Shown: positions 31,450 to 40,903 of the stretch, in pieces
How positions within the stretch are numbered: position 1 is the first letter of the stretch
How the letters are laid out: each line of letters opens with the position of its first letter
NCBI GenBank assembly: GCA_051859245.1
Contig: JBHYGA010000001.1
Span: forward strand, 1,437,722-1,501,721
Direction: 5' to 3'
DNA: 64,000 nt
DNA from: Gemmatimonadaceae bacterium
GTDB lineage: Bacteria > Gemmatimonadota > Gemmatimonadetes > Gemmatimonadales > Gemmatimonadaceae
Position numbers and translations under genes: made by a program
The notes under the pieces: generated by a model
What the model was told of the DNA's origin: nothing
Databases searched by the model: none
The model's input: only the letters and a program-made list of their open reading frames with translations

Positions 31450-31644
31450 CTGCGTATCGGTGTGGCAACCGTCGCGCAACGTATTGACGAACTCACCCTG
31501 ACCCGCGATTGTTGGGCCACTGACCTCTGTGTTGTTCTGGCGCCGCTGCCCGAGCTCATTGTTGAGGTGCCCTTCCCGCTTGCCCCGCCGAGGCCGCAAG
31601 CACCCCGCGTTCCCGTGGTGACAATCCCCCTTTTGAGGTGAGTG

Positions 31645-34607
31645 ATGTCCCTTTCCGTTGTTCGTCGATGCGCCTCGAGACTTGCCGCGCTTTTTGGCGT
31701 GCTCGCGCTCTCGGCCACGCCCGTCCTGGCGCAGAATGGCACCATCGCTGGTCGCGTGACCGACGCGGCCAAAGGCGGGCCGGTGGCCGCCGCGCAGGTG
31801 CAGGTGGCCGGCATCAACCTGGGTACGGTGTCCGCTGAAGACGGCACCTATCGTATCGTGAACGTGCCGGCCGGCACGTATACAGTGATTGTGCGTCGCA
31901 TCGGTTTCTCAGAGCGTCGCACCCCGAATGTTGTGGTCACGGCGAACGGCACCGCCACCGTGAACGCGGCGCTTGAGGAGGCTACCAGCACGCTCAATGC
32001 GGTCGCTGTGACCAGTACGCGCAATCAGCCCGAGAAAGTACTCGATGCACCGGCGCAGATTTCCGTGGTGTCGAGCGAACGAATCGCGGAGCGGCCGGCT
32101 GTCACGGTGTCAGAAAACCTGAAGGCAGTGGCCGGTGTGGACGTGCAGCAGGGTGGAATCGCACAGTCCAACATTGTGGCGCGCGGATTCAACAACGCGT
32201 TCTCCGGCAGCATGCTCATGTTGCAGGACTACCGCTTTGCCGGTGTGCCATCGCTGCGTGTGAACGTGCCGTTCCTGTTTACTGGCACCAACGAAGACAT
32301 CGAGCGCATGGAAGTACTGCTCGGTCCCGCGTCGGCGCTCTACGGCCCGAACTCGGCCAACGGCGTCTTGCACGTGATAACGAAGTCGCCATTCACCTCG
32401 CAGGGAACCACGGTGAGCATCGACGGCGGCGAGCGCTCGATCGTTCGCGCCGGTCTGCGGCACGCGGGCGCCACGGGAGAGAAGTTCGCGTACAAACTCT
32501 CGGGCGAACTCATGCGCGGCAACGATTGGGAATACGCCGATCCCGCCGAACCCAATGTCTTTGGCAACTTCGCGCCGGCGAGCCGTCGCGGCCAGCCGAA
32601 TCAGCGTGATTTTGCGCTCGAGAAGTATACCGGCGAAGCACGCATGGACATTCGTCCGCGTGAGGGCATGGAGCTGATCAGCACCGTGGGCTACACGAAT
32701 GTTGGTTCTGGTCTGGAGCTCACGGGCGCCAACGGCACGTCGCAGATCAAAGGTTGGACGTACATGAATCTGCAGCAGCGGTTCCGTTGGAATCGGTTGT
32801 TCGCGCAGGCGTTTATCAACAACAGCAACGCCGGCAACGACGACGCGAACTCCACCGACGGCACGTACCTGCTGCGCTCGGGTCAGCCGATTGTTGACAA
32901 GTCAAGCGTTGCGGCGCTGCAGGTGCAGCACGGTTTTGACATGGCGAGCAACAAACAAACGTTTGTGTACGGACTCGATTATATCGCCACGCGGCCGGAG
33001 ACGGGCGGGACGATCAACGGTCAGAATGAAGACATCGACAACGTGAACGAGTACGGGGTGTACGTGCAGTCCACCACACGCCCGAGCCGTCGCTTCGAGT
33101 TGCTGACGGCGCTGCGTGTTGATGGCAATGACGTGATTGAGGGCGGATTTCTTTCGCCGCGTGTCGCGCTCACGTTCAAGCCAACCGAGAACCAGAATAT
33201 TCGTGCGACGTACAATCGCGCGTTCAGCACGCCGGCGAATTTTTCGTTCTTCCTCGATCTCATCCAGGCGCCGAACATCGGTGGCTCAGGCTTTGATGTC
33301 CGTGCATTTGGCAATCGTCCGAAAGAAGGGTGGTCGTTTCGCCGCGGCTGCACCGGTGCCTTTGGTGATCTGTGCATGAAGTCGCCGCTGGTTGGCGGGG
33401 GCGCGTATGTGGGCACGAGCGCAGCCTCGGCGTTCGGTCCGATCTTCCAGGCGCGTGGCGCGACGGTGCAGGCGGGTATTACTCCTGGCATCATCGGTGC
33501 GCTGCAGACGCTGGCCGGACTCCCCGCTGCACAGGCGCAGGCCCTCGGTACGGCGCTCGGCCAAGGCATCGTGGGTCACCTCGGCACGCGACACCGTCGG
33601 CTACAGAAATCGGCACCCGCGTGGCCTTCCTGGGAACGCCCGGAAATCTGCAGCCGAGCGCGGTGCAGGACATTCCCGCGCTCGAAGCCTCGTTTAACAA
33701 CACCTACGAAGTTGGCTACAAGGGCGTGATCGGAAACCGCGCCACGCTCGACGTCTCGTTCTGGCGGCAGCAGCGCGGAGATGTTGGAACACCGGCAGGA
33801 CTCGCCACGCCGAGCGTGTTCTTCCAGGATTCAGCGAACCTTCAGGCGTACATGAATGCGCAGATCACGCAGTATGCCACCGGTTTCTTGCAGTCGCAGG
33901 GATTCCCTGCGGCCAATGCAGCGGCGCTCGGTGCCGGACTTGCCGCTCAGCTTTCGCGTGGACTTGCCGGACAGTTTGCGCCGGCTCCGCTCGGTGTCGT
34001 CACCTTCGATGGCGAGAACATCCCCGCGAACGTCGTTTATGCCACGTACCAGTCAATCAACAGAGACATCTGGGTGAGCGGACTTGATCTGGCCGCCAGT
34101 TTCTCGGCCAGTCAGCGCCTGTCGTTCGAAGGCACGTACAGCTTCATGAACAAGAACGTGTTCAACGAAATCCCCGGCGGCAACGGCGCCCCGCTCATGG
34201 CCAACTCACCGCGTTCACGCGGCACGCTGGGCGTTCGCTTTGAAGATGCAGAGCGCGCGTATACGGTGGAAACGCGGGCCCGTTACTCGGAGTCATATCC
34301 GGTGAACTCCGGCGTGTACGCCACGAACACGGCCTTCCCGATTCCGGCCGGCAACCCGGGCGCCGTCGCGAACGCGGTTGGTGGATTTAACCGCTGCAAC
34401 CCGCGCCCCGCTGGCACCTACTGCTACAACAATGTGCCGGAGTTCTTCACGATGGATCTGCAGTTCTCCAAGCGCTTTGCCGTTGGCGAGCAGGAGCTGC
34501 GTTGGTCGGTGAACGGTCAGAACATTTTCGACAACAAGATCAACACGTTCCCCGGCGTGCCGCAGACCGGCCGCCTCGTAATGACGCGACTGCAGTACTC
34601 GTTCTGA
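31645..34607 (+). pseudogene. TonB-dependent receptor split by a 1-nt frameshift near 33586-33593 (pseudogene or sequence error)
   Basis: ORF 31642..33729 gives signal peptide, N-terminal Ig-like domain, plug (IERMEVLLGPASALYG) and barrel; ORF 33372..34607 continues with NTYEVGYKG and ends TRLQYSF; adding one base restores a ~987-aa protein. Confidence 0.85.
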
Positions 34608-34650
34608 TCCGCTGAATGCACCCGCGCGCCATCAAAGGCGCGCGCAGTAC

Positions 34651-34688
34651 GCGCGGGGCGGCGTCCTTTACTGGGCGTCGCCCCGCGC
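34651..34688 (+). terminator. GC-rich hairpin downstream of the TonB-dependent receptor
   Basis: GCGCGGGGCGGCGTCC ... GGGCGTCGCCCCGCGC stem with G.U pairs; second hairpin at 34623-34644; weak U-tract. Confidence 0.55.
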
Positions 34689-34718
34689 CGCATTTCAGGT
34701 CGCTAGTTTGCAGGCATC

Positions 34719-35507
34719 ATGATCATTCTGCTTGATCCTGCGGCGCATCCGGTCATCGGTCATCGCGGCAATCGCGCGCACTCACCAGAGAACACGCTGG
34801 AGTCCATGCGCGAAGCCGTGGCGCTGGGTGTTGATGCGCTGGAGTTCGATGTGCACGTTTCGCGCGACGGCGTGGCCAGTGTGCATCATGACCTCACGCT
34901 GGACCGAACCACGAGTGGGACCGGGCCACTTGCCGCACGCTCGCGCGCCGAGCTCGACCTGTTGGATGCGGGCTTCCATTTCACAACGGACGGCGGCGCG
35001 TCGTATCCATGGCGCGAGATGGGTGTTCGCATTCCCACGCTCGACGCAGTCCTGGCCGAGTTCCCAACGCTGCCCATGATCATTGAGATCAAAACGCCGT
35101 CGGCCACGGCTGCGGTGCGTGCCGTGATTGCGCGTCATGCAGCCGAACGTCGCGTGATCGTGGCCGGTTTTGAATCCGCGAGTGTGCGCCCGCTGATTGG
35201 TGGACCCATTGCTCTGGGTGCGTGCACAGCCGATCTCGTGCGTTTGCTACCGGCCGCGATGCTCGGTCGTCGCGGTGCGGACGCACCGTTCATCGCGGCG
35301 TGCATTCCGCCCGTGCATAACGGACTGCCAGTCCCCGTCTCGCGCATCGCGCGCCTGATGCAGAAGCGCGGCGGTGTCACCCACGTGTGGACGGTGAATA
35401 GCGCGCACGAGGCACAATCGCTCTGGCGAAAGGGTGTGAACGGAATCATCAGCGATGATCCCGCCACCATCCTCGCGGCGCGCGCCCGAGAGCAGTCTTT
35501 CGGGTGA
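34719..35507 (+). CDS. Glycerophosphodiester phosphodiesterase (GDPD)
   Basis: IGHRG, PENT, EFDVH, HHDLTLDRTT, IEIK, WTVN, GIISDDP. Confidence 0.93.
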   Translation: MIILLDPAAHPVIGHRGNRAHSPENTLESMREAVALGVDALEFDVHVSRDGVASVHHDLTLDRTTSGTGPLAARSRAELDLLDAGFHFTTDGGASYPWREMGVRIPTLDAVLAEFPTLPMIIEIKTPSATAAVRAVIARHAAERRVIVAGFESASVRPLIGGPIALGACTADLVRLLPAAMLGRRGADAPFIAACIPPVHNGLPVPVSRIARLMQKRGGVTHVWTVNSAHEAQSLWRKGVNGIISDDPATILAARAREQSFG

Positions 35508-35831
35508 TCAGGACTCGTGCGTGAGGCGAGCCGCGGCGCCGGCCAGTAGTCCGGCAAAGAGCACCGCCACAATCATCAGCACAAACGCCGGCACTGGAAA
35601 CACACCACTGATGGCGTCGCGCAGTCGCCCGTACGCCGGATGTGTTGTTTGCCACGCGAGCAACGCGCCCCAGGCAAGCATGGCGCCGAGTGCCGCTTCA
35701 AGAACCGCCGAGTCCTGTCCGCGGCGGAGCATGGCGTACACCGCGCCAGTGAGCGGCACCGACCACCACCCGAGAAACCACGTGGCCAGCGCCACAACAA
35801 CGCCAACAAGAAGCGCACGAAGAATCAGCAT
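35508..35831 (-). CDS. Small multi-pass membrane protein
   Basis: Hydrophobic 107 aa; ATG overlaps the acylase stop (TAATG). Confidence 0.7.
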   Translation of the reverse strand: MLILRALLVGVVVALATWFLGWWSVPLTGAVYAMLRRGQDSAVLEAALGAMLAWGALLAWQTTHPAYGRLRDAISGVFPVPAFVLMIVAVLFAGLLAGAAARLTHES

Positions 35832-38326
35832 TATGGTGTCCCCGCGGGTGTCAGCGTCAGCGTGGCGCGCACACGAGATCCGGTGAGTTCGGTGGCGGTT
35901 CGCGGAACGCGAAGCGTATCGAGACGGCCGGCCGTCCACGCTGCCAGTCTGTCATCGTACCGTTCACTCGCCGGGTGTCCCGACTGACCGCCCGGATAAA
36001 TCGCCTGCGCGCTGATTTCTGGTCCGAGTTCAACGACCATACGCCAGCTCGCGCCGTGCGTTCCTGCACCCGTTGATGGATTGAGCGTGCCACTTCCGCC
36101 CTGCATGGGAATGTTGAGTCGGCTCAGCGTCGGCATGCGCAGCAAGTGATTGATGTTCGCGGTCCGATGTTTTGACCACTGCCACTCGGCAGATTCTGGT
36201 GCGCCCAAACGCGCGACCAGATCGTCATATGCGCTCTCCAGTGCATCGGCCATGACTGCGTCGCGGTTCTCCACTTCTGATGTTCCGCGAATATCCCACC
36301 AGACGCTGCTCGGCTCATTGAGCAGCATCGCGGTCATCATATCCGTTGGTCTCGGTCCGGCAGATGCGCTGCTGCTTTCGGATTCGAGCAGTTCATCGTA
36401 CAACTGCGTGGAGAGCTCAGACATGGCGGCTTCAAACAGCAGCGCTGCCGTATTGTCGGTCGTGTACCGACGATCCCACGCGGCCAGCAGTTGTCCCGCG
36501 CGAACGAGCGACGGTCTCGGCGGACCGTCACGCGCGACTTGTACGAACACCGGCACGAAGGCATCGGCACGCGCACTGCGTGGTTCCGTCTGATACTGGC
36601 GCATGTCATCCGGCGTGACTTTGTCATTAGCCCGAAGCAGTTCGTTAATGCGCATCGCGCGCCACGGCCGTTCCCAGTCAGAGCCGAGATAACGCGGCTG
36701 CACGCGAGGATCGAGTGGCTCCTGATTCGCTGACGCGAGGAATCCCTGCGCTGGTGAGAACGATTGGGGATACTCGGCGACACTCCAATCACCAATCCAG
36801 TCGGCGCGTCGGCTGCTTCCGTCGCGCAGCACATCGCCGCGACCGGAGTCCGGGCGAATGGGATAGCGTCCGGTTGACCGAATACCAATGGTCCCGCTCC
36901 GATCTGCGACGAGCATGTTCTGCGCCGGGACGCGGAACCACTGCGCCAGTTCGTCGAGCAACGCTTGCGCCGTCGTGGCGCGCGCCGCGCGGTCAAACGC
37001 TTCGAGTTCCCGCGCCGGCCCCTCGAGCACCGTCCACCGATGCGAGATCCAGCGTTCGTTCACTCGGCGCAGCGGTCCCCGATGCGTGTAGCGCAACGTG
37101 TCTTCACGAATCAGCGCGCCGTCGCCGTTGAGATAGCGCTCGACGCGTCGCTCAAGCGGTTGCCATTCCCCATCAAGTTGGTAACGCGTGGGATTCAGCG
37201 CATCGTCCACGCGCTCGAGATAGAAGTCCATCACGTCGGCGCCAACGTTGGTGAACGTCCACGCCACATCCCGATTGAATCCGATCACAATACCAGGCAA
37301 TCCGGGGATCGTGACACCGTACACGTCGAGCGAATCGGCGACCACCAGATGCGCCTCGTACCAGATGGACGGCATGGTAAGTTCGAGGTGCGGATCACCC
37401 GCCAGCAAGGCGTGTCCACTGGCCGACCGCGACGGCGACACCGCCCAGTTATTGCTGCCGACGGCGTCCGGCGTTCGCTCAGGCAAGCCGAGTGCAATTC
37501 GCGTGTCCACGTTGCCGAGCTGATGAACGAGTGCGAGAGCCAGCGAGTCGGGTGCGCCCGGGGCCGCGAGCGCGACCGCGTCCACGCGCGGCGCGCTCTG
37601 TCCGTTGGGCTGAATCGGCTCAACGATTGGCGCGTGCACAGGGAATAGCGCATCGGCGGCGGCGCGACCAACCTTGGCGGCGGCGCGCATGTGTCGCAGT
37701 TCGTCTTCGGATGACGCGAGCGTGTAGCCCATGCGATTGAGCAGGTGCATCACATCGAGCGCGCTGAACGTGCGTGGTTCGCGACCAAGCAACTTGTATT
37801 CGACGGGCAGGTCGCGACGGGAGAGTTGCGCGATCCATGCGTTGATCCCGTCAGCGTACGCACGCATCATCTGCCACGAGGCTGTGGTGGTGTCAGCCTG
37901 CGCAACGCGTTGTTCCGCGGCTCGTGGCATGCCCAGCGCGCGCGTGGCCTGATCCAGTGGCAAGGCGCGGTCGCCCACCAACTCCGTTAGCGTGCCTCCG
38001 CCTGCGCGCGTCTGCAACTCGATCTGAAAGAGTCGATCACGTGCGACGACATAACCAAGCGCCCGATAGGCATCGCGCGTGTTGGCCGCGAAAATGTGGG
38101 GCACGCCACGATCATCGTACGTGATGTTCACCGGCGCGATGACACCGGGTATGGCGTCGCGTGCGGTCACCGGCAGCTCGGCGGTTTGCACAGCGGCGAA
38201 CAATCCATTCGCCGGGTCGAGCAGTGCACCGAGTGGAGGAAGAGGCCCCACGGGGCGAGCACCCACGTATCCAACAACAGCGAGCACAAGAAGCGCAGAG
38301 ACCGTACCGACACGCGATCGGGCCAT
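35831..38326 (-). CDS. Penicillin acylase family Ntn-hydrolase (S45)
   Basis: DDRGVPHIFA, GYVVARDRLFQ, autoprocessing site GSNNWAV, LAGDPHL, PGGQSG. Confidence 0.93.
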   Translation of the reverse strand: MARSRVGTVSALLVLAVVGYVGARPVGPLPPLGALLDPANGLFAAVQTAELPVTARDAIPGVIAPVNITYDDRGVPHIFAANTRDAYRALGYVVARDRLFQIELQTRAGGGTLTELVGDRALPLDQATRALGMPRAAEQRVAQADTTTASWQMMRAYADGINAWIAQLSRRDLPVEYKLLGREPRTFSALDVMHLLNRMGYTLASSEDELRHMRAAAKVGRAAADALFPVHAPIVEPIQPNGQSAPRVDAVALAAPGAPDSLALALVHQLGNVDTRIALGLPERTPDAVGSNNWAVSPSRSASGHALLAGDPHLELTMPSIWYEAHLVVADSLDVYGVTIPGLPGIVIGFNRDVAWTFTNVGADVMDFYLERVDDALNPTRYQLDGEWQPLERRVERYLNGDGALIREDTLRYTHRGPLRRVNERWISHRWTVLEGPARELEAFDRAARATTAQALLDELAQWFRVPAQNMLVADRSGTIGIRSTGRYPIRPDSGRGDVLRDGSSRRADWIGDWSVAEYPQSFSPAQGFLASANQEPLDPRVQPRYLGSDWERPWRAMRINELLRANDKVTPDDMRQYQTEPRSARADAFVPVFVQVARDGPPRPSLVRAGQLLAAWDRRYTTDNTAALLFEAAMSELSTQLYDELLESESSSASAGPRPTDMMTAMLLNEPSSVWWDIRGTSEVENRDAVMADALESAYDDLVARLGAPESAEWQWSKHRTANINHLLRMPTLSRLNIPMQGGSGTLNPSTGAGTHGASWRMVVELGPEISAQAIYPGGQSGHPASERYDDRLAAWTAGRLDTLRVPRTATELTGSRVRATLTLTPAGTP

Positions 38327-38513
38327 GGAAGCGTTGCTGAAATGGAGGAGGGAAGCGAGGCGCCCGTGGGCGCTTGCCGAACTGCTGACAAACGTGGCGT
38401 CCGTCACTCGACGCGGCAATGCGCGCTCGGCGATCAAATGCCCTGCGGGATTGTGAGCTGGTGTGCGATCAAATGGTGCAAGCATCCGCACAAGTTGGTG
38501 TTAGGATCGGGCC

Positions 38514-38885
38514 ATGACAAAAGCACGGCAGGCACTCGGGCTCCTTGGGGAGCGTATCGCGGCGCGCTGGATGCGGCGCGATGGTTGGGAATTGTTAGCG
38601 CATCGTTTTCGCAGCGGGCATCGGGATGTCGACTTGATCATGCAACGTGGGCACACGGTTGCATTTGTCGAAGTGAAAGCGCGTCGTGGTGAACGCTTCG
38701 GTTCACCGGTTGAGGCGGTGCATCCCAGAAAGCAGCGTGAGCTCTCCAAATCGGCGCAGGTCTGGGTGGACCGACACGGCACGCCGGAGGCCGTGTACCG
38801 CTTTGATGTGGTGGGTGTGCTGTTAGATTCGGAGAATGTTCGGGTCCGACACGTGCCTGACGCGTTCAACCTGCGTTCAAGTTAG
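38514..38885 (+). CDS. yraN: YraN family (UPF0102) putative endonuclease
   Basis: [28 protein letters not shown]. Confidence 0.92.
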   Translation: MTKARQALGLLGERIAARWMRRDGWELLAHRFRSGHRDVDLIMQRGHTVAFVEVKARRGERFGSPVEAVHPRKQRELSKSAQVWVDRHGTPEAVYRFDVVGVLLDSENVRVRHVPDAFNLRSS

Positions 38886-38903
38886 GTCAGTTTTACCGAA
38901 ACA

Positions 38904-38930
38904 TGTGGATAACTTTGGGGGTTGTCCACG
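38904..38930. promoter_or_regulatory. Inverted DnaA-box pair upstream of recA
   Basis: TGTGGATAA at 38904-38912 (exact reverse complement of TTATCCACA) and TTGTCCACG at 38922-38930 (2 mismatches). Confidence 0.55.
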
Positions 38931-39033
38931 AACGCACTCTTTCGTACTTTGTTCGGGTCTTGGCCGAGTTCTGGTGCGCGGTAGATTCCGCTTTGCCAGG
39001 GCGTGGCACCTTACCATCAACACGGGTGGAATA

Positions 39034-40080
39034 ATGGCCGTCTCCACATCGAACGACGACAAGCGCAAAGCCCTGGCGCTCGCGATTTCGCAGATCGAGA
39101 AGTCGCATGGCAAAGGATCGATCATGCGACTGGGCACTGACTCGAAAGTTCGAGTGGAGTGCATTCCAACCGGCGCGATCAATCTTGATGCCGCCATCGG
39201 CATCGGCGGAATTCCGCGCGGTCGCGTCACCGAAATCTACGGTCCGGAATCAAGCGGCAAAACTACGCTCTGCTTGCACGTGGTGGCGAACGCACAAAAG
39301 GCCGGCGGCGTGGCCGCGTTCATCGACGCTGAACACGCGCTCGACACCGAATACGCCAAGAAGCTCGGCGTCGACATTGAGAACTTGCTGATCTCTCAAC
39401 CTGACACCGGCGAGCAGGCGCTTGAGATCTGCGAAGTGCTCGTGCGCTCTGGCGCCGTGGACGTGATCATCATCGACTCGGTCGCCGCCCTTGTGCCCAA
39501 GGCGGAAATCGAAGGTGACATGGGCGACATGCAAATGGGTTTGCAGGCGCGCCTCATGAGTCAGGCGCTGCGCAAGCTCACGGGCGCAATCGCGCGGTCT
39601 AAAACGTCGGTGGTGTTCATCAACCAGCTGCGCGACAAGATCGGCGTGATGTTCGGCAGCCCGGAGACCACCACCGGTGGTAAGGCGCTCAAGTTCTACT
39701 CGTCAGTTCGTCTCGACATTCGTCGCATCGGTCCGGTCAAGGACAAAGACGAAGTGGTGGGTTCGCACGTGCGTGTAAAGGTGGTCAAGAACAAGGTGGC
39801 GCCCCCGTTCAAGCAAGCCGAGTTCGACATCATGTACGCCGAGGGCATCTCGCACACCTCGCTGCTGGTCGACATCGGCGCGGAAGCGGGCATCATCGAA
39901 AAGTCGGGTGCGTGGTACAGCTACGGCACGCAGCGCATTGGGCAGGGTCGCGAGAACGCCAAGTTGTTCCTCAAGGACAACCCGGTGCTCATGGCCGAAA
40001 TCGAAGAGAAGGTCAAAGTGTTGCTGGGCGTGAAGGCTGGTGCGCCTGAAGAGCCACCGGCGCCTGAGGTGGAGGAGTAA
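39034..40080 (+). CDS. recA: Recombinase A
   Basis: [53 protein letters not shown]. Confidence 0.99.
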   Translation: MAVSTSNDDKRKALALAISQIEKSHGKGSIMRLGTDSKVRVECIPTGAINLDAAIGIGGIPRGRVTEIYGPESSGKTTLCLHVVANAQKAGGVAAFIDAEHALDTEYAKKLGVDIENLLISQPDTGEQALEICEVLVRSGAVDVIIIDSVAALVPKAEIEGDMGDMQMGLQARLMSQALRKLTGAIARSKTSVVFINQLRDKIGVMFGSPETTTGGKALKFYSSVRLDIRRIGPVKDKDEVVGSHVRVKVVKNKVAPPFKQAEFDIMYAEGISHTSLLVDIGAEAGIIEKSGAWYSYGTQRIGQGRENAKLFLKDNPVLMAEIEEKVKVLLGVKAGAPEEPPAPEVEE

Positions 40081-40122
40081 GAGCGAGTCGTCGCGCCTCA
40101 TGCGCGATTCGTGGAAGCAGCG

Positions 40123-40200
40123 AGGGCCGAGGGGTCGCTCGCGGTGTGAAGTGGTGCCCGGATCACCACGGCTCATCGTGAGTAGCCCCTCGGCTCTTTT
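40123..40200 (+). terminator. Long RNA hairpin, probable attenuator or terminator between recA and recX
   Basis: 24-nt arms 40123-40146 and 40174-40197 (5 G.U pairs, 1 mismatch), inner GTGGTG/CACCAC stem, ends in TTTT. Confidence 0.65.
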
Positions 40201-40867
40201 GCTGCCCGGCACTCCTGGTGTGATCGCGCGCGTCGCGGAGCATGCGCGAAAGCCGGGCCGCTATCGCGTGCGCCTCGAAGACGGACGCACCTGGTTGGTG
40301 GACGCCGAAGCGATTACCACCGCCGGTGCGCTGCGCGAAGGCGTGGCGTTGGAGTCGGCGGCTATTGGGGCGCTGGAGGCGTCCCACGCGTTCGTCAGCG
40401 CGTTCGATCGGGCGCTGGGCATGCTGGCGCGAGCGCGTCGCACCAAACGCGAGTTGGAGCGCCGGCTGAGCCTCACGCAACCCGACAGCGCCGTGGTGCA
40501 GAAGGCGCTCGAACGACTCGAAAGCCTCGGGCTGCTTGATGACGATGCCGTCGCTCGCGCCGAGGCCGCCTCCCGATTTCGTCGTGGTGAAGGCGCCGGT
40601 CGTATTCGGCAATCGCTTGCGCGAAAGGGCGTGGACCGTGCGATTGTGGACGCCGCGATCCAGAGTGTCGCGGCCGAGGAGCAGGTCGATGATCTGGCGC
40701 TGTGTCGATCGGCGGGAGAAAAGCGGCTGAGATCGCTCCGAGCGCTGGCGCCCGATGTGCAGCGCCGCAGACTCATGGGGTTCTTGCTGCGACGCGGTTT
40801 TTCCGGTTACGACGTGTCGCAAGTCGTGCGCGAACTCATTCCACGCGAAAGACGCGGCTACGAGTAA
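40178..40867 (+). CDS. recX: Regulatory protein RecX
   Basis: Follows recA; ALGMLARARRTKRELERRL, LESLGLLDD, IRQSLARKGV, LMGFLLRRGFS; start uncertain (40178 or 40220). Confidence 0.88.
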   Translation: MSSPSALLLPGTPGVIARVAEHARKPGRYRVRLEDGRTWLVDAEAITTAGALREGVALESAAIGALEASHAFVSAFDRALGMLARARRTKRELERRLSLTQPDSAVVQKALERLESLGLLDDDAVARAEAASRFRRGEGAGRIRQSLARKGVDRAIVDAAIQSVAAEEQVDDLALCRSAGEKRLRSLRALAPDVQRRRLMGFLLRRGFSGYDVSQVVRELIPRERRGYE

Positions 40868-40903
40868 CACTGCGCGCCCGGTCAGGCATATATTTCACCG
40901 CTT

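Noticed and set aside
31450..31644. Cobalamin or TPP riboswitch ahead of the TonB-dependent receptor
   Set aside because: AGGTGCCC is present, but the GGGAA/B12-box and TPP CTGAGA cores are missing; only a weak TTGACG-N17-GATTGT promoter candidate is visible
33580..33600. Programmed ribosomal frameshift or phase-variable tract in the receptor gene
   Set aside because: No slippery heptamer, homopolymer or simple-sequence repeat at the junction
40105..40125. GGAAGCAGC as the SRP RNA core
   Set aside because: The preceding CAGG...GNRA tetraloop helix is absent
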